From a virus, in IMG/VR virus record IMGVR_UViG_3300035670_000027: 64,000 bases of DNA, one strand, 5' to 3'. How positions within the stretch are numbered: the first letter of the stretch is position 1; each line of letters opens with the position of its first letter. Of the stretch, positions 1 through 9,641 are shown piece after piece. A model generated the notes under the pieces. The model saw only the letters and a list, made by a program, of their open reading frames with translations, searched no databases and was not told the origin of the DNA. The position numbers and the translations under genes were made by a program.

Positions 1-51
1 TACATTTTGCTCTGAGGCAGTACTGTACTGATTAAAAAATCGATTACGCAT
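1..51 (-). CDS. gp14: Neck protein gp14, N-terminal fragment (runs off window edge)
   Basis: ATG at 51 reads MRNRFFNQYSTASEQNV..., immediately downstream of gp13; T4-like gp13-gp14 synteny. Confidence 0.7.
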   Translation of the reverse strand, partial: MRNRFFNQYSTASEQNV

Positions 52-53
52 GT

Positions 54-803
54 TTAGCCAACCATATCTGAGACTGGTAGTGAGTATGAATTCAACATGT
101 CTTCTTCTAGTTTTGTGATTTCGTCAAGTGCTTCATCCCAAATCTTTTGTCCGTTGAATGTAACTGCGCCTGGCATCTGAAGCCCCTCAAACTTTTTGAG
201 ATTCTCGCCCCATTGCTTTTTGATTTGTGCAGTTGTATATCGCTTAAGCCAAAGATCATTGTACACATCGGTATATGTATCTGGATCAAGAATCTGATAT
301 CCTTCTACGATGATGTACTCGCCAACCACAATCTTTTCACCCCATGCCATGTCAATGTAAAGTTTGTTTTGGTGACGATTGAAGCGTAGAGATTGCTTGC
401 CAACAAAAAGTTCTTCAGCCAAACGAATGTTTTGAAGTGCCATGTAGTATGGCGCAAACGGACCGTAGTTGAAAGCAAAAAGGTCGTTCAGCGCAATCTG
501 ATAGCGAATGTTGAAAAGATTGTTTGTTGAGTATGTGCTACCAATGTCAAAAATATTGATGACACCAATTACGGATTGTGGTATGTCAATATACTTGTTT
601 TGAACATCGGTTTCGGTAACTTGATGCGCTAGATAGACTTTTTGTGTACCATCAAAGTGATAGTCGTGGTAGTACTGAAGTGCCATGTCAATGCAGTCTT
701 CAACCTGTTCATCTGCCACATTGATTTCCACTACAGGTGCGCCAAGTCTTCTTAGGCAATATTCTTTTAATTCTTCTCTGCTTGCTGGTTTTGTAGCACT
801 CAT
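54..803 (-). CDS. gp13: Neck protein / head-tail adaptor gp13
   Basis: KPASREELKEYCLRRLGAPVVEINV..., WLKRYTTAQIKKQWGENLKKF, GLQMPGAVTFNG motifs typical of T4-like gp13. Confidence 0.93.
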   Translation of the reverse strand: MSATKPASREELKEYCLRRLGAPVVEINVADEQVEDCIDMALQYYHDYHFDGTQKVYLAHQVTETDVQNKYIDIPQSVIGVINIFDIGSTYSTNNLFNIRYQIALNDLFAFNYGPFAPYYMALQNIRLAEELFVGKQSLRFNRHQNKLYIDMAWGEKIVVGEYIIVEGYQILDPDTYTDVYNDLWLKRYTTAQIKKQWGENLKKFEGLQMPGAVTFNGQKIWDEALDEITKLEEDMLNSYSLPVSDMVG

Positions 804-836
804 GATAGTCCTCTAAAAAAGTCGATTTGTACCATC

Positions 837-844
837 TATTTATG
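837..844 (-). promoter_or_regulatory. T4-type late promoter (CATAAATA variant) for gp13
   Basis: One mismatch to TATAAATA, about 35 nt upstream of the gp13 ATG. Confidence 0.6.
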
Positions 845-907
845 CATTTTCGTATCCTGTGGCGGCCTATATAAGAATGTACTTTAATTACTTTTTTCGG
901 AGAAAAA

Positions 908-1492
908 ATGACTTTTGCTACGGACAACTATGAAATTGTTAGACAAGCCTTATCAAAAGAATTGGTAGAATATATCAAATGCATTACTACAGTTCAAGAA
1001 GATTCCTGTCTTTTTACGAATCCTCCTACCCTAGAAAATCCTTATCCATACTCTTGCGGTCAAGTTTCTAAAAGTTTTTCTTGGTACTCTGCACCACATA
1101 CTGAAGGATTGATGGTTTATTTGAAACCAGTATTGGAAAGAGTAACACAAAAAAGATTGCACGAATCTTATACATTTTATAGAATATACTACAATGAAGG
1201 AATCTTGAGAAGACACACAGATAGACCTTCTTGCGAATTTTCTGCTACAATTTGTATTGAAAAAACTCACGATTGGCCAATATTTTTTGAAAAATTAGAT
1301 GGCACCGTATCAGAGATTAATATGAATGAGGGAGATTTGGTGGTGTACAAAGGTATGATTCTGCCACATTGGCGAGAAGAGTATAAAGGCGGTAGACACA
1401 CTCAAATTTTTATTCATTTTGTTGATGCTGACGGACCATTTAAGTCATATCGATACGATAGAAGACCAGTATTGGGAATAACGAAGAAATGA
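908..1492 (+). CDS. 2OG-Fe(II) oxygenase family protein
   Basis: HTD (HxD)...GDLVVYKG..PHWRE facial-triad pattern. Confidence 0.8.
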   Translation: MTFATDNYEIVRQALSKELVEYIKCITTVQEDSCLFTNPPTLENPYPYSCGQVSKSFSWYSAPHTEGLMVYLKPVLERVTQKRLHESYTFYRIYYNEGILRRHTDRPSCEFSATICIEKTHDWPIFFEKLDGTVSEINMNEGDLVVYKGMILPHWREEYKGGRHTQIFIHFVDADGPFKSYRYDRRPVLGITKK

Positions 1493-2055
1493 TTTTTGCT
1501 GATTTTTTGTATGGAGATTTTATAGATGAAAATCTCTGCGATTCTTTAATAGACTACTATGAAAATTGTAATGAAAAAAAACCAGGAAAAGTAGGGGCTT
1601 CAGGAGAAATCAACACTCAAATAAAAGAATCTACTGACATATCAATTAGTCCTAAAATTAACAATCATGTTATTCAAACTTATTGTTATGAACTAGATAA
1701 AATTTGTAAAAAATATTCGTCAATATACGAATATTGCACTATTAATCAAAGCAAGTGGAATTTAATTGAAGATTTTAACATTCAAAAATATTTGCCAAAT
1801 CAAGGATTTAAATTATGGCACTACGAAAAAACTGGAAACATTGATTGGGCATTAAAAAGACATTTAGTTTTTATGACATATTTAAATGATGTTACTGATG
1901 AGGGTGGAACCGAATGGTTATATCAAAAAGTTACAATTACTCCCAAAAAAGGTCTTACTGTTATTTGGCCAGCCGAATGGACTTTTACTCATAGAGGGGT
2001 TATTTCAAAAACACAAACTAAATATATTACGACTGGTTGGTATTCTTATGAGTAA
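1489..2055 (+). CDS. 2OG-Fe(II) oxygenase (prolyl 4-hydroxylase-like)
   Basis: WHYE, FMTYLNDV, GGTEW, PKKG..VIWPA.WTFTHRG, KYITTGW. Confidence 0.88.
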   Translation: MIFADFLYGDFIDENLCDSLIDYYENCNEKKPGKVGASGEINTQIKESTDISISPKINNHVIQTYCYELDKICKKYSSIYEYCTINQSKWNLIEDFNIQKYLPNQGFKLWHYEKTGNIDWALKRHLVFMTYLNDVTDEGGTEWLYQKVTITPKKGLTVIWPAEWTFTHRGVISKTQTKYITTGWYSYE

Positions 2056-2067
2056 GGAAATAATTGT

Positions 2068-2649
2068 ATGATGCTAAAAAATAATTTTTGGTTTTTTACT
2101 GGTGCGTTGAGTAAAGAAACTTGCGAAAAAATTAAAAGTCATTGTTTAACGAAATCTTTAACGCAAGGAAAAGTTGGAATTGATGAATTAAATTTAAGGC
2201 AAAGAAAATCTAAAATTTCATGGCATGAAGATAGATGGTTATATGAAACTTTACAACCATTCGTTGAAGAGGCTAATGTAAATGCTGAATGGAAATTTCA
2301 ATGGGATTGGAGTGAATCTATTCAATTCACAGAATATCAATCTCCAGGAGAACATTATGACTGGCACGCCGACCAAGCACCAGAACCATATAAAAATAAT
2401 ATATTTCCATCATTTAATGGAAAGATAAGAAAGTTAAGTCTTATTCTTTCCTTAACAGATCATAGAGATTATATTGGTGGTGATTTGCAGTTTGACTATG
2501 GACTTTCTAGAATAGAAACTTGTTATGAGATAAAACCACAAGGATCAATTGTTGTCTTTCCATCTTTTTTAAGACATAGAGTTACACCACTCTTTTGGGG
2601 CACCAGACACAGTATAGTCATGTGGTCATTAGGAAAGCCTTGGACATGA
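2068..2649 (+). CDS. 2OG-Fe(II) oxygenase (PKHD/P4Hc type)
   Basis: YDWHAD, RKLSLILSL, YIGGDLQF, GSIVVFPSFLRHRVTP, GTRHSIVMW. Confidence 0.9.
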   Translation: MMLKNNFWFFTGALSKETCEKIKSHCLTKSLTQGKVGIDELNLRQRKSKISWHEDRWLYETLQPFVEEANVNAEWKFQWDWSESIQFTEYQSPGEHYDWHADQAPEPYKNNIFPSFNGKIRKLSLILSLTDHRDYIGGDLQFDYGLSRIETCYEIKPQGSIVVFPSFLRHRVTPLFWGTRHSIVMWSLGKPWT

Positions 2650-3161
2650 TATACATATCTCAAATCGAAATGCCAAAAAGCACTCAGGTAGAACTCATAT
2701 CTAGATTTAAAAATAATTTAGTTGACAGTCAAATCTGGGCAGAAACAAGATTGTTGAGATTAAACGATGGTCTCTCTCAAAACACCGATTGTGTTTTATA
2801 TGATATGGTCATCAATATTTGCAAACAAATAAAAAATTTTGTAAAATATGACAATAGATTTGATTACATAGAAAACATTGAGATTGTTAAATATCCAAAA
2901 GGTTCATCAAAGACTTTTCATTTTGATAAATCTGTTGACGATAGAACTGCCGCAAGTATAACATATATAAATGATGACTACATTGGTGGACAGACTACCG
3001 TTGAAGGTGTTTCGGTTCAGCCTTTAGCGGGAAGGACTGTATACTTTGGCGGCAAAGAATTTAAACACAATGTCATGAATGTGATTAAAGGTTCAAGATA
3101 TACCGTATCTGTATGGTATACTTCAAACTTAAACGAAAATTTTTTAAAGGAAATATCATGA
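2646..3161 (+). CDS. 2OG-Fe(II) oxygenase (P4Hc type)
   Basis: HFD, ITYINDDYIGGQT, KHNV, GSRYTVSVW; start moved to the ATG overlapping the previous stop (ATGA). Confidence 0.85.
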   Translation: MIYISQIEMPKSTQVELISRFKNNLVDSQIWAETRLLRLNDGLSQNTDCVLYDMVINICKQIKNFVKYDNRFDYIENIEIVKYPKGSSKTFHFDKSVDDRTAASITYINDDYIGGQTTVEGVSVQPLAGRTVYFGGKEFKHNVMNVIKGSRYTVSVWYTSNLNENFLKEIS

Positions 3162-3640
3162 AGCATGAAGTGATCGATAATTTTTTATCCAATGAAGATT
3201 TTGACATAATTCAATACTTAATGACATGTCCTCAAGTTTTACCTTGGTACTATAACTCTGGAGTTTCTCATGTAGAAGATGGTGATGGATACTTCACACA
3301 TCTCTTTTATGACAAGTATAAACCAAATTCAGATAATTTTCATGTTTTCAGTCCCTTCATCGAAAAACTCAAAATTAAATCTTTAATCAGAATTAAAGGC
3401 AACATGTATATGAAAACTCCTAAGTTGCATATACACAAAGGTCACAAAGATTTTGACTATGATCATAAAGCGGCAATTTTTTATGTTAATGATTGTAATG
3501 GATACACAATTTTAAATGACAAGACAAAAATAGAATCGAAAAAAAATAGAATTTTAATTTTTGATCCACAAGTTATACACTCAAGCACGACTTGTACAGA
3601 CCAACCCTTTAGAGTAAACATTAATTTTAATTATTTTTAA
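3158..3640 (+). CDS. 2OG-Fe(II) oxygenase family protein
   Basis: HKD, AIFYVNDCNGYT, NRILIFD..IHSST, RVNINFNY; ATG at 3158 with AAGGA SD. Confidence 0.82.
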   Translation: MKHEVIDNFLSNEDFDIIQYLMTCPQVLPWYYNSGVSHVEDGDGYFTHLFYDKYKPNSDNFHVFSPFIEKLKIKSLIRIKGNMYMKTPKLHIHKGHKDFDYDHKAAIFYVNDCNGYTILNDKTKIESKKNRILIFDPQVIHSSTTCTDQPFRVNINFNYF

Positions 3641-3643
3641 ATT

Positions 3644-3964
3644 ATGTTATTGAACCCAAAAAAACTTTATGTGTTTGAAGATTTTTATTCTGAAGATGAA
3701 ACTCTTTTAAATCAAAAGTCAAAAGAGTTTATAGAAAAAACATTTGATGTAAAAACAGAAATCGAACATACCATATATTGCAAATGGAAAGATTCTATAG
3801 ATTTAAGAAATTGTGATTTCGTTTCTTTTATTTTAATTGACGAGAAAGAATTGCTTTTTATGAGTAGAAATACTTTATTAAACTTAGACGAAAATTTTAA
3901 ACAAGATCAAAATTGCGTATGCGTTTTGTGGAAAAATATTAGAGAGGTAGATGATGAATATTGA
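3644..3964 (+). CDS. Hypothetical protein
   Basis: Tightly packed ORF in the oxygenase operon; no recognisable motif. Confidence 0.6.
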   Translation: MLLNPKKLYVFEDFYSEDETLLNQKSKEFIEKTFDVKTEIEHTIYCKWKDSIDLRNCDFVSFILIDEKELLFMSRNTLLNLDENFKQDQNCVCVLWKNIREVDDEY

Positions 3965-4460
3965 ATTACACTCGGTTGATGAATTGCCAATTATAGTAAT
4001 TGAAGATTGCTTTGAAAATTTAAATGTGGCATATAAAGAACTTTATTTTTTATCAAACAGTTCACATCATGTACATTTAGAAAAAGTATTTTCTGATTTA
4101 ACCTGCTCTTCAATTTTTAAAGAATTATCAAAAGTTTTAACTTCAGAGAATTTGGAAAAATTTTCTCAAAAGCATCCTTTATTCTATATGCTAGAAAGGG
4201 TGAATCAAACCAAAACTGAAATTAATTTTGTGAAAAGTCAACAATTTTTACAATTACAAAATTCAAATTCTGTTTTTACTTTGTTTGGATGGATTAAAGA
4301 TGAAATTTTAGGTTCAGATATTATTCTAAATCAAGAGGTGGCAATAGAAGCAAAGCACAATAGATTTCTAATTTTTCCATCGGTATTTTGTTATGAAACA
4401 ACAAAATTAGAATCTCAAGATTCTGCTATCATAATTCAAGATTTATATGTTTCAAATTGA
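3951..4460 (+). CDS. Degenerate 2OG-Fe(II) oxygenase-fold protein (metal ligands absent)
   Basis: IEAKHNRFLIFPS resembles the oxygenase strand motif, but neither HxD nor the distal His is present. Confidence 0.5.
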   Translation: MMNIELHSVDELPIIVIEDCFENLNVAYKELYFLSNSSHHVHLEKVFSDLTCSSIFKELSKVLTSENLEKFSQKHPLFYMLERVNQTKTEINFVKSQQFLQLQNSNSVFTLFGWIKDEILGSDIILNQEVAIEAKHNRFLIFPSVFCYETTKLESQDSAIIIQDLYVSN

Positions 4461-5115
4461 AAACTCAATTTACAGAGTAAAAACTAAAAGTCAAAACTTA
4501 ATTAGATTTTGTGGATTAAAACAAAAAAATCCTTTTGCTCCAATATTTGATGTGCCAATTTGGATGAACAGTATTGATAAAAATCTGATTGACAAAGTTT
4601 TAGTCATAGTGAAAGAAAACGAAAAAGATTTTTCAAATACAAAATGGACAGATTATAATTTTTTTGAATGGTCGCAACATGAAGTTCAGAAAATTAAAGA
4701 GCAGATAAAATTCAATATTAACTGCTTTCTGCAAGAGTTAAATGTGCCAATCCCATCAAATTTGTGGATCAATGGTTGGATTTTTCCTCAGAAGAAAAAC
4801 ATGAATTTAAAATTACACAATCATGCGACACACGAAAATTCTTTTTTGAGTGGTAATATTGTCTTAACACATAATTGCACAACAACAAATTATGAAATAC
4901 CTTTTATCTCTTTGAACGAAGGTTTGTTCAAAGTTAAGAATCATCAAGGTGCAATTACACTATTTCCTTCTTACTTACCGCATTGCGTAGATTCTTTAAG
5001 TGATGAGGAAAGATATAGTATTGGATTTGACATTATAACTGAAGATGGTATGAATTGTTTTTTGAAAAATAACAATGATAAAAACAATTGTCTAATTAGG
5101 TCGGTAAAATTATGA
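4447..5115 (+). CDS. Putative 2OG-Fe(II) oxygenase (TIGR02466-like, HxH type)
   Basis: LHNH..NSFLSG, GAITLFPSYLPHCV, RYSIGFDI. Confidence 0.8.
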   Translation: MFQIENSIYRVKTKSQNLIRFCGLKQKNPFAPIFDVPIWMNSIDKNLIDKVLVIVKENEKDFSNTKWTDYNFFEWSQHEVQKIKEQIKFNINCFLQELNVPIPSNLWINGWIFPQKKNMNLKLHNHATHENSFLSGNIVLTHNCTTTNYEIPFISLNEGLFKVKNHQGAITLFPSYLPHCVDSLSDEERYSIGFDIITEDGMNCFLKNNNDKNNCLIRSVKL

Positions 5116-5714
5116 AAAAAGAATCTTATAAACTTTTTCCGACATTGATAAACAAGTATAGATATGCGATTTCTGAAAGTCAAAGAAAAGACATTGCAAA
5201 TTATTGCCATAGTATAAATGGTGATTTAAAAAATCACGGAGAACTTTTAGAGAATGGGAAAACTAATTTTGAACTAAATGGAAAATTTATTGAGAAAATA
5301 TCCGCAGAAATTTCTTCATGCTTAAATTTAAAAAATCAAATTTTAGAATGTGTTAATGATTATATTGATCAAATTGGAATTGAAAAATTACAAATAACAA
5401 ACTCTTGGTTCAACATTCAAAGAAAAGGTAGCGCACTCAAACAACATATTCATCCACTTAGCGTACTTTCTGGCGTTTTATTTTTAGAAGCAGATAGACA
5501 AAGTAGTAAAATCTATTTTGAAAATCCAAATAAATTAGTAAAATATTTTTCTCAATATTCAAAGCCAAGCGAATTTAACTTTGAACATTACTACTTTGAG
5601 CCAGAACCATGTTCATTAATTTTATTTCCTAGTTGGCTATCTCATGGTTCAATGTATGAGATTAATGAAAGTGATTCTAGAATTGTATTGAGTTTTAATA
5701 CCTCTCATCAATAA
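5112..5714 (+). CDS. Putative 2OG-Fe(II) oxygenase (TIGR02466-like)
   Basis: ITNSWFN, QHIHPLSVLSGVLFL, LILFPSWLSHGS, RIVLSFN. Confidence 0.85.
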   Translation: MKKESYKLFPTLINKYRYAISESQRKDIANYCHSINGDLKNHGELLENGKTNFELNGKFIEKISAEISSCLNLKNQILECVNDYIDQIGIEKLQITNSWFNIQRKGSALKQHIHPLSVLSGVLFLEADRQSSKIYFENPNKLVKYFSQYSKPSEFNFEHYYFEPEPCSLILFPSWLSHGSMYEINESDSRIVLSFNTSHQ

Positions 5715-6337
5715 AATAGTAATTCTTCTTTTTCACCAACAGTACATCCAACGATATAAAAATTCATAAAGAGTTGCACTTTTTTAAATCCAGATGAATG
5801 ATTAGGCTTTACATGATGAATCAGATGTGAAGGAAAAATTAAAAGTTGATTCTTTTTCTGAGTTATTTTCCAAGAATTTGCATTGTATATTGTTTCTTCA
5901 TTTTTCTTCATGTTAAAATTTACTGAACTTATATCACCAAATTGATTTTTATGAAATTCTATATCTCCAGAACCATCATCAACATCTATTGCCAATATTG
6001 CAGTAAACAAAGAATTGTTATAATTTCTTGGTAAAATTTCATCATCAAATTCTTGAATTGTAATCCAAGAAGTTGTATTTCTAAAAGTTATGTTTTCATC
6101 AATTTTTAAAAAGTTTACAGTATACTCTTTAAATTCTCTAGTAATATTATCTCTTAATTTTCTAAATCTAAATTCATCAATTAATTCTAGATTTTTACTT
6201 TGTGTGAATGTATTAGATTCGTGTCGATCTAAAGGAACTTCATTTATCAACTTATTTTTTTCTTCTTCAGTTACAAAATTTATTACTTTTGAATATACTG
6301 GAGTTGAAAACAAAGGTAAAACTTCATAATCATTCAT
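5708..6337 (-). CDS. TIGR02466-like oxygenase-fold protein with degenerate HxH motif
   Basis: PLFSTPVY, TTSWIT, LLIFPSHLIHHVKPN retained; HxH replaced by RNY. Confidence 0.65.
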   Translation of the reverse strand: MNDYEVLPLFSTPVYSKVINFVTEEEKNKLINEVPLDRHESNTFTQSKNLELIDEFRFRKLRDNITREFKEYTVNFLKIDENITFRNTTSWITIQEFDDEILPRNYNNSLFTAILAIDVDDGSGDIEFHKNQFGDISSVNFNMKKNEETIYNANSWKITQKKNQLLIFPSHLIHHVKPNHSSGFKKVQLFMNFYIVGCTVGEKEELLFY

Positions 6338-6350
6338 CTTTCAAAATCCT

Positions 6351-7352
6351 TTATTGATATTTGTATCTGACAATTACAACACCAGAACCTCCAGTGCCAC
6401 CAACAACGGTTGGATTGTATGGGTCTTCATTGTTGCTTCCGCCTCCTCCACCACCTGTGCCGTTTACTCCAGGTTGCCCAGACGCTTCGTCACTACCATT
6501 ACCCCCTCTACCACCTCCTGCACTATTTGGTGGGCTGGTATCTGGGTGTGGAGGTCCAGGATATCTAGCACCACCGCCGCCGCCTGCTCTCCAAACTGTA
6601 GTTCCTGTGATATTTGATGAAAGTCCAGCACCACCTTGACCACCACCATCTGCGCCTGCAAGTCCATTCTGTCCAGCACCGCCGGCACCTCCTCCGCCGC
6701 CTGCCATACCATTTTGTGGTGATGATCCTGCCCCACCAGGATTTCCTTGACCTGGAGTTCCTGAGCCGCCAGCGTACGGTCCTGTTACGCCGGGAGATTC
6801 TGAGCCCGTTCCGGCACCACCACCTGATCCGCCTGGTCTTCCTGCGGAGTCATTACTTCCTCCACCCCCACCGCCAATCGCAGTCAAGCCAAATGCGGTG
6901 CTATTACCGCCATTATTTGCTTGAGTTCCTCCAGGAAAAGTTGTTTCTCCGGCGGTATGTTGTTGTGGCGCCCCTCCAGTACCTACACCAATAGGATATG
7001 CTTGTGCATTAACAGTCACATTATATGATCCTGCGGTATCATCGTTTCCGCTTGTTAAATATCCACCAGCACCGCCTCCACCAGATGATCCAAAGTTTTG
7101 TGCTCCAGCGGCAACAGAACCACCTCCACCCCCACCAATAATCAAATAACGAATTTTATTTCCATAGGTAGCATCGGTTCCTGTAGCATTTACAGTAAAA
7201 GTTCCTGGGCTATTAAACACATGAACTTTATAGTCACCATTGGTTGATTCGGATCCGCCAGTTGCAGTTAAAAATCTGTTTCCAGTATCACCTACACGAC
7301 CACTTCTTCCTTGGGCGCTTAAATTTCCTCTTACACTACTAATGAATGGCAT
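6351..7352 (-). CDS. Glycine-rich virion/tail-associated protein
   Basis: TATGG..YKVHVFNSPGTFTV, YLIIGGGGGG, C-terminal GGTGGSGVVIVRY of the phage glycine-rich domain family. Confidence 0.8.
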   Translation of the reverse strand: MPFISSVRGNLSAQGRSGRVGDTGNRFLTATGGSESTNGDYKVHVFNSPGTFTVNATGTDATYGNKIRYLIIGGGGGGSVAAGAQNFGSSGGGGAGGYLTSGNDDTAGSYNVTVNAQAYPIGVGTGGAPQQHTAGETTFPGGTQANNGGNSTAFGLTAIGGGGGGSNDSAGRPGGSGGGAGTGSESPGVTGPYAGGSGTPGQGNPGGAGSSPQNGMAGGGGGAGGAGQNGLAGADGGGQGGAGLSSNITGTTVWRAGGGGGARYPGPPHPDTSPPNSAGGGRGGNGSDEASGQPGVNGTGGGGGGSNNEDPYNPTVVGGTGGSGVVIVRYKYQ

Positions 7353-7370
7353 GTTCTATCCCTCTTTCAA

Positions 7371-9350
7371 TTAGATTGAGAATACTGAAGTGTTTCCACT
7401 CAATGTTCCAATAACTGTAAATGTATTTGATCTACGAAGAACAGTAAAGTTGAAGATATCAAGTTTACTTGCAGTAACAGTCACACCAGTATTACCACCA
7501 ACCCAAGAGATTGCCACATTGGTACCGTTGACTTGAATTGTGTTCGCCGCTGGGCGTCTTGCAGTAGCACCTTGTGGAACGAACAATGAGATTGTTGTTG
7601 CACGACCATTGTCTGTAGGAATGTTTGTGAGTTTTGGCCAGAAGTCTGCACTCAATGACTGTGTTTCGTAGAAGATGTTACCTGCGGTGTAGTCCATTGT
7701 AATCTGGTTTGTAGATGCACTTGAATCAATTACATCTTCAATCAATTCTTGCGCTCTGAGACCACCGGTGAATGTTGCGGCACCAGCAACAACAAGGTCA
7801 CCACCGATGTGTGTATTGCCTGCGACACCAACACCACCTGCGACTGTAATCGCACCAGATGAAGTTGAAGTTGATGGAGTATCGTTTGTTGCACGGATGA
7901 GACCGCTTGTATGAACTTCACCAGAGATACCAACACCACCTGTAACCACAAGTGCGCCAGTCACATTACTTGAAGAAGCAGTTGGGTTTACAATTCGTGC
8001 TTCACCAACCATAACTGAGCCGTACTGAATACCTCCATCAGTAAAGTCTACTGTGTTTGCTGGTAGAATGCTTGAGTTAGCAAAGAGTTTGTACATGCCG
8101 TTTTCAGAAGCGTCACGCACAATACCTGTGTATTTCTCTGCGCCATCATTGTAGACACCAACGAAACCTAGGTCGAATGTATCTGCGGCGTTATTTTGAC
8201 CAACAAAGATGATTGGATTTTCAACGGCAAGTGAGTCCGTAGTAACTGTGTTACCACCACCGCCAAGTGTAATTGTACCTGTAATCGCTACATTACCACC
8301 CACATTCAAGTTACCAGTCAATCCAAGACCACCTTGAACAACAAGGGCGCCTGATGAAGTGTTTGCAGATTCAGTATTAATCTGAATTACAACTCGCTCA
8401 CCAGGAACGATTGTCATCTGCGTATTGTTTGCAGGATCATCAAAGCCGTTTGCTGAAAAGAGAATACGATTCTTTGTACCATTTGAACCCGTACCAATCA
8501 CTAGGTCACCGTTTGCAGAGGTGCCTGATGGTGGTTGATAAAGAATATAGCCGTCATCGTTCTTTGTAACTCCGTATTCGGCTTCACCATAGTTGGATGA
8601 GTTAATACCCATTGAAATCCAACCATTCTCAATGTCACCAGTATCGTTAACTGCAATGAATTCTGCGTATGCGTTTGGCTGATCAGATTCGTTGACGATG
8701 ACCATGTCAATTGGTCCGTCTACAGTACCAATACCTCCAATTCTGTGTTGCTCTGGATCAGTACCTTTTCCTGATGCCCAATTTTCAATATTACCACCGG
8801 CCGCCACATGCAATGTTGCATGAATGTGATATGCGTTTACGCTAGAAGATGTATTGTTGAGTTCGATGTTACCTGTTGAAGAGAGGAATGTACCGTTTGA
8901 TGCAACAATGATCGCTTGGTTTGTACCGAATGTTGCATTGCCATCAAACTGAGATGTTGAACCAACATCAAGTGCGCCACCAACCGTTGCATTACCACCT
9001 GTAGTGATTGCACCAGAAAGTTCGGCAGAGTTATTTCCTGAGTGATAGATGAAACCATCATCGTCATCAAGCACGGCACCTGATCCAGAAACTGGAGCAG
9101 TACCAAAAACTACTCGACTTCCTGTAGTGGTTAAGTCTGCTACTTGAGTAGACTTTGTATATATTTCTGCGGTTCCGTTATAGAGTGCGGTGTTTCCAGT
9201 TTGCACTCCAGCAATTAAGGAATTTGCACCATTAACTGCTGAAAAAATTGCCGTGTTGCTACTTTGTAGCGTAGAAATGTCATTCGCCGCATCGTTATAT
9301 GCTTGACGAAATTCATTGAAGGTATTGGTTAATTGTACTTGGGATGCCAT
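7371..9350 (-). CDS. Tail fibre-like protein
   Basis: N-terminal LTNTFNEFRQAYN; three S..SGALVVxGGxGxxGxxxxGG repeats; C-terminal fibre-like domain. Confidence 0.75.
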   Translation of the reverse strand: MASQVQLTNTFNEFRQAYNDAANDISTLQSSNTAIFSAVNGANSLIAGVQTGNTALYNGTAEIYTKSTQVADLTTTGSRVVFGTAPVSGSGAVLDDDDGFIYHSGNNSAELSGAITTGGNATVGGALDVGSTSQFDGNATFGTNQAIIVASNGTFLSSTGNIELNNTSSSVNAYHIHATLHVAAGGNIENWASGKGTDPEQHRIGGIGTVDGPIDMVIVNESDQPNAYAEFIAVNDTGDIENGWISMGINSSNYGEAEYGVTKNDDGYILYQPPSGTSANGDLVIGTGSNGTKNRILFSANGFDDPANNTQMTIVPGERVVIQINTESANTSSGALVVQGGLGLTGNLNVGGNVAITGTITLGGGGNTVTTDSLAVENPIIFVGQNNAADTFDLGFVGVYNDGAEKYTGIVRDASENGMYKLFANSSILPANTVDFTDGGIQYGSVMVGEARIVNPTASSSNVTGALVVTGGVGISGEVHTSGLIRATNDTPSTSTSSGAITVAGGVGVAGNTHIGGDLVVAGAATFTGGLRAQELIEDVIDSSASTNQITMDYTAGNIFYETQSLSADFWPKLTNIPTDNGRATTISLFVPQGATARRPAANTIQVNGTNVAISWVGGNTGVTVTASKLDIFNFTVLRRSNTFTVIGTLSGNTSVFSI

Positions 9351-9389
9351 ATTTTCTCTCTCTTATCTAAGTTGGTTGACAAGGGTAAT

Positions 9390-9632
9390 CTAAACTTTGT
9401 TAGTGATTGCTAAAAGCAGTTTTTTAATCTCACAGAGATCGTCTTTTAGTCCACAAATTTCTTCTTTCATTCGATTAAACTCTTGGACACTTTCCGTGTG
9501 TCTTTGCTTTTGAATTTTATATTTCATCAATCCGTTCATATCTGTATTCAACAAGGCTTTCGAATGAGCATCTCTTTCGGTGAACCCTAAGACTTTTTCT
9601 CTTAATTCTAATCGTTCCATGTATTTATACAC
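9390..9632 (-). CDS. Small coiled-coil virion-associated protein (start may be 9620)
   Basis: RDAHSKALLNTD...LKDDLCEIKKLL; family typically found after VrlC-like genes in T4-like phages. Confidence 0.7.
   Translation of the reverse strand: MYKYMERLELREKVLGFTERDAHSKALLNTDMNGLMKYKIQKQRHTESVQEFNRMKEEICGLKDDLCEIKKLLLAITNKV
9622..9629 (-). promoter_or_regulatory. T4 late promoter TATAAATA
   Basis: Exact consensus upstream of the fibre genes. Confidence 0.6.
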
Positions 9633-9641
9633 CTTTTCATA

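Noticed and set aside
6354-6994. Pro/His-rich + strand ORFs
   Set aside because: Reverse-complement artefacts of glycine codon runs in the minus-strand gene.
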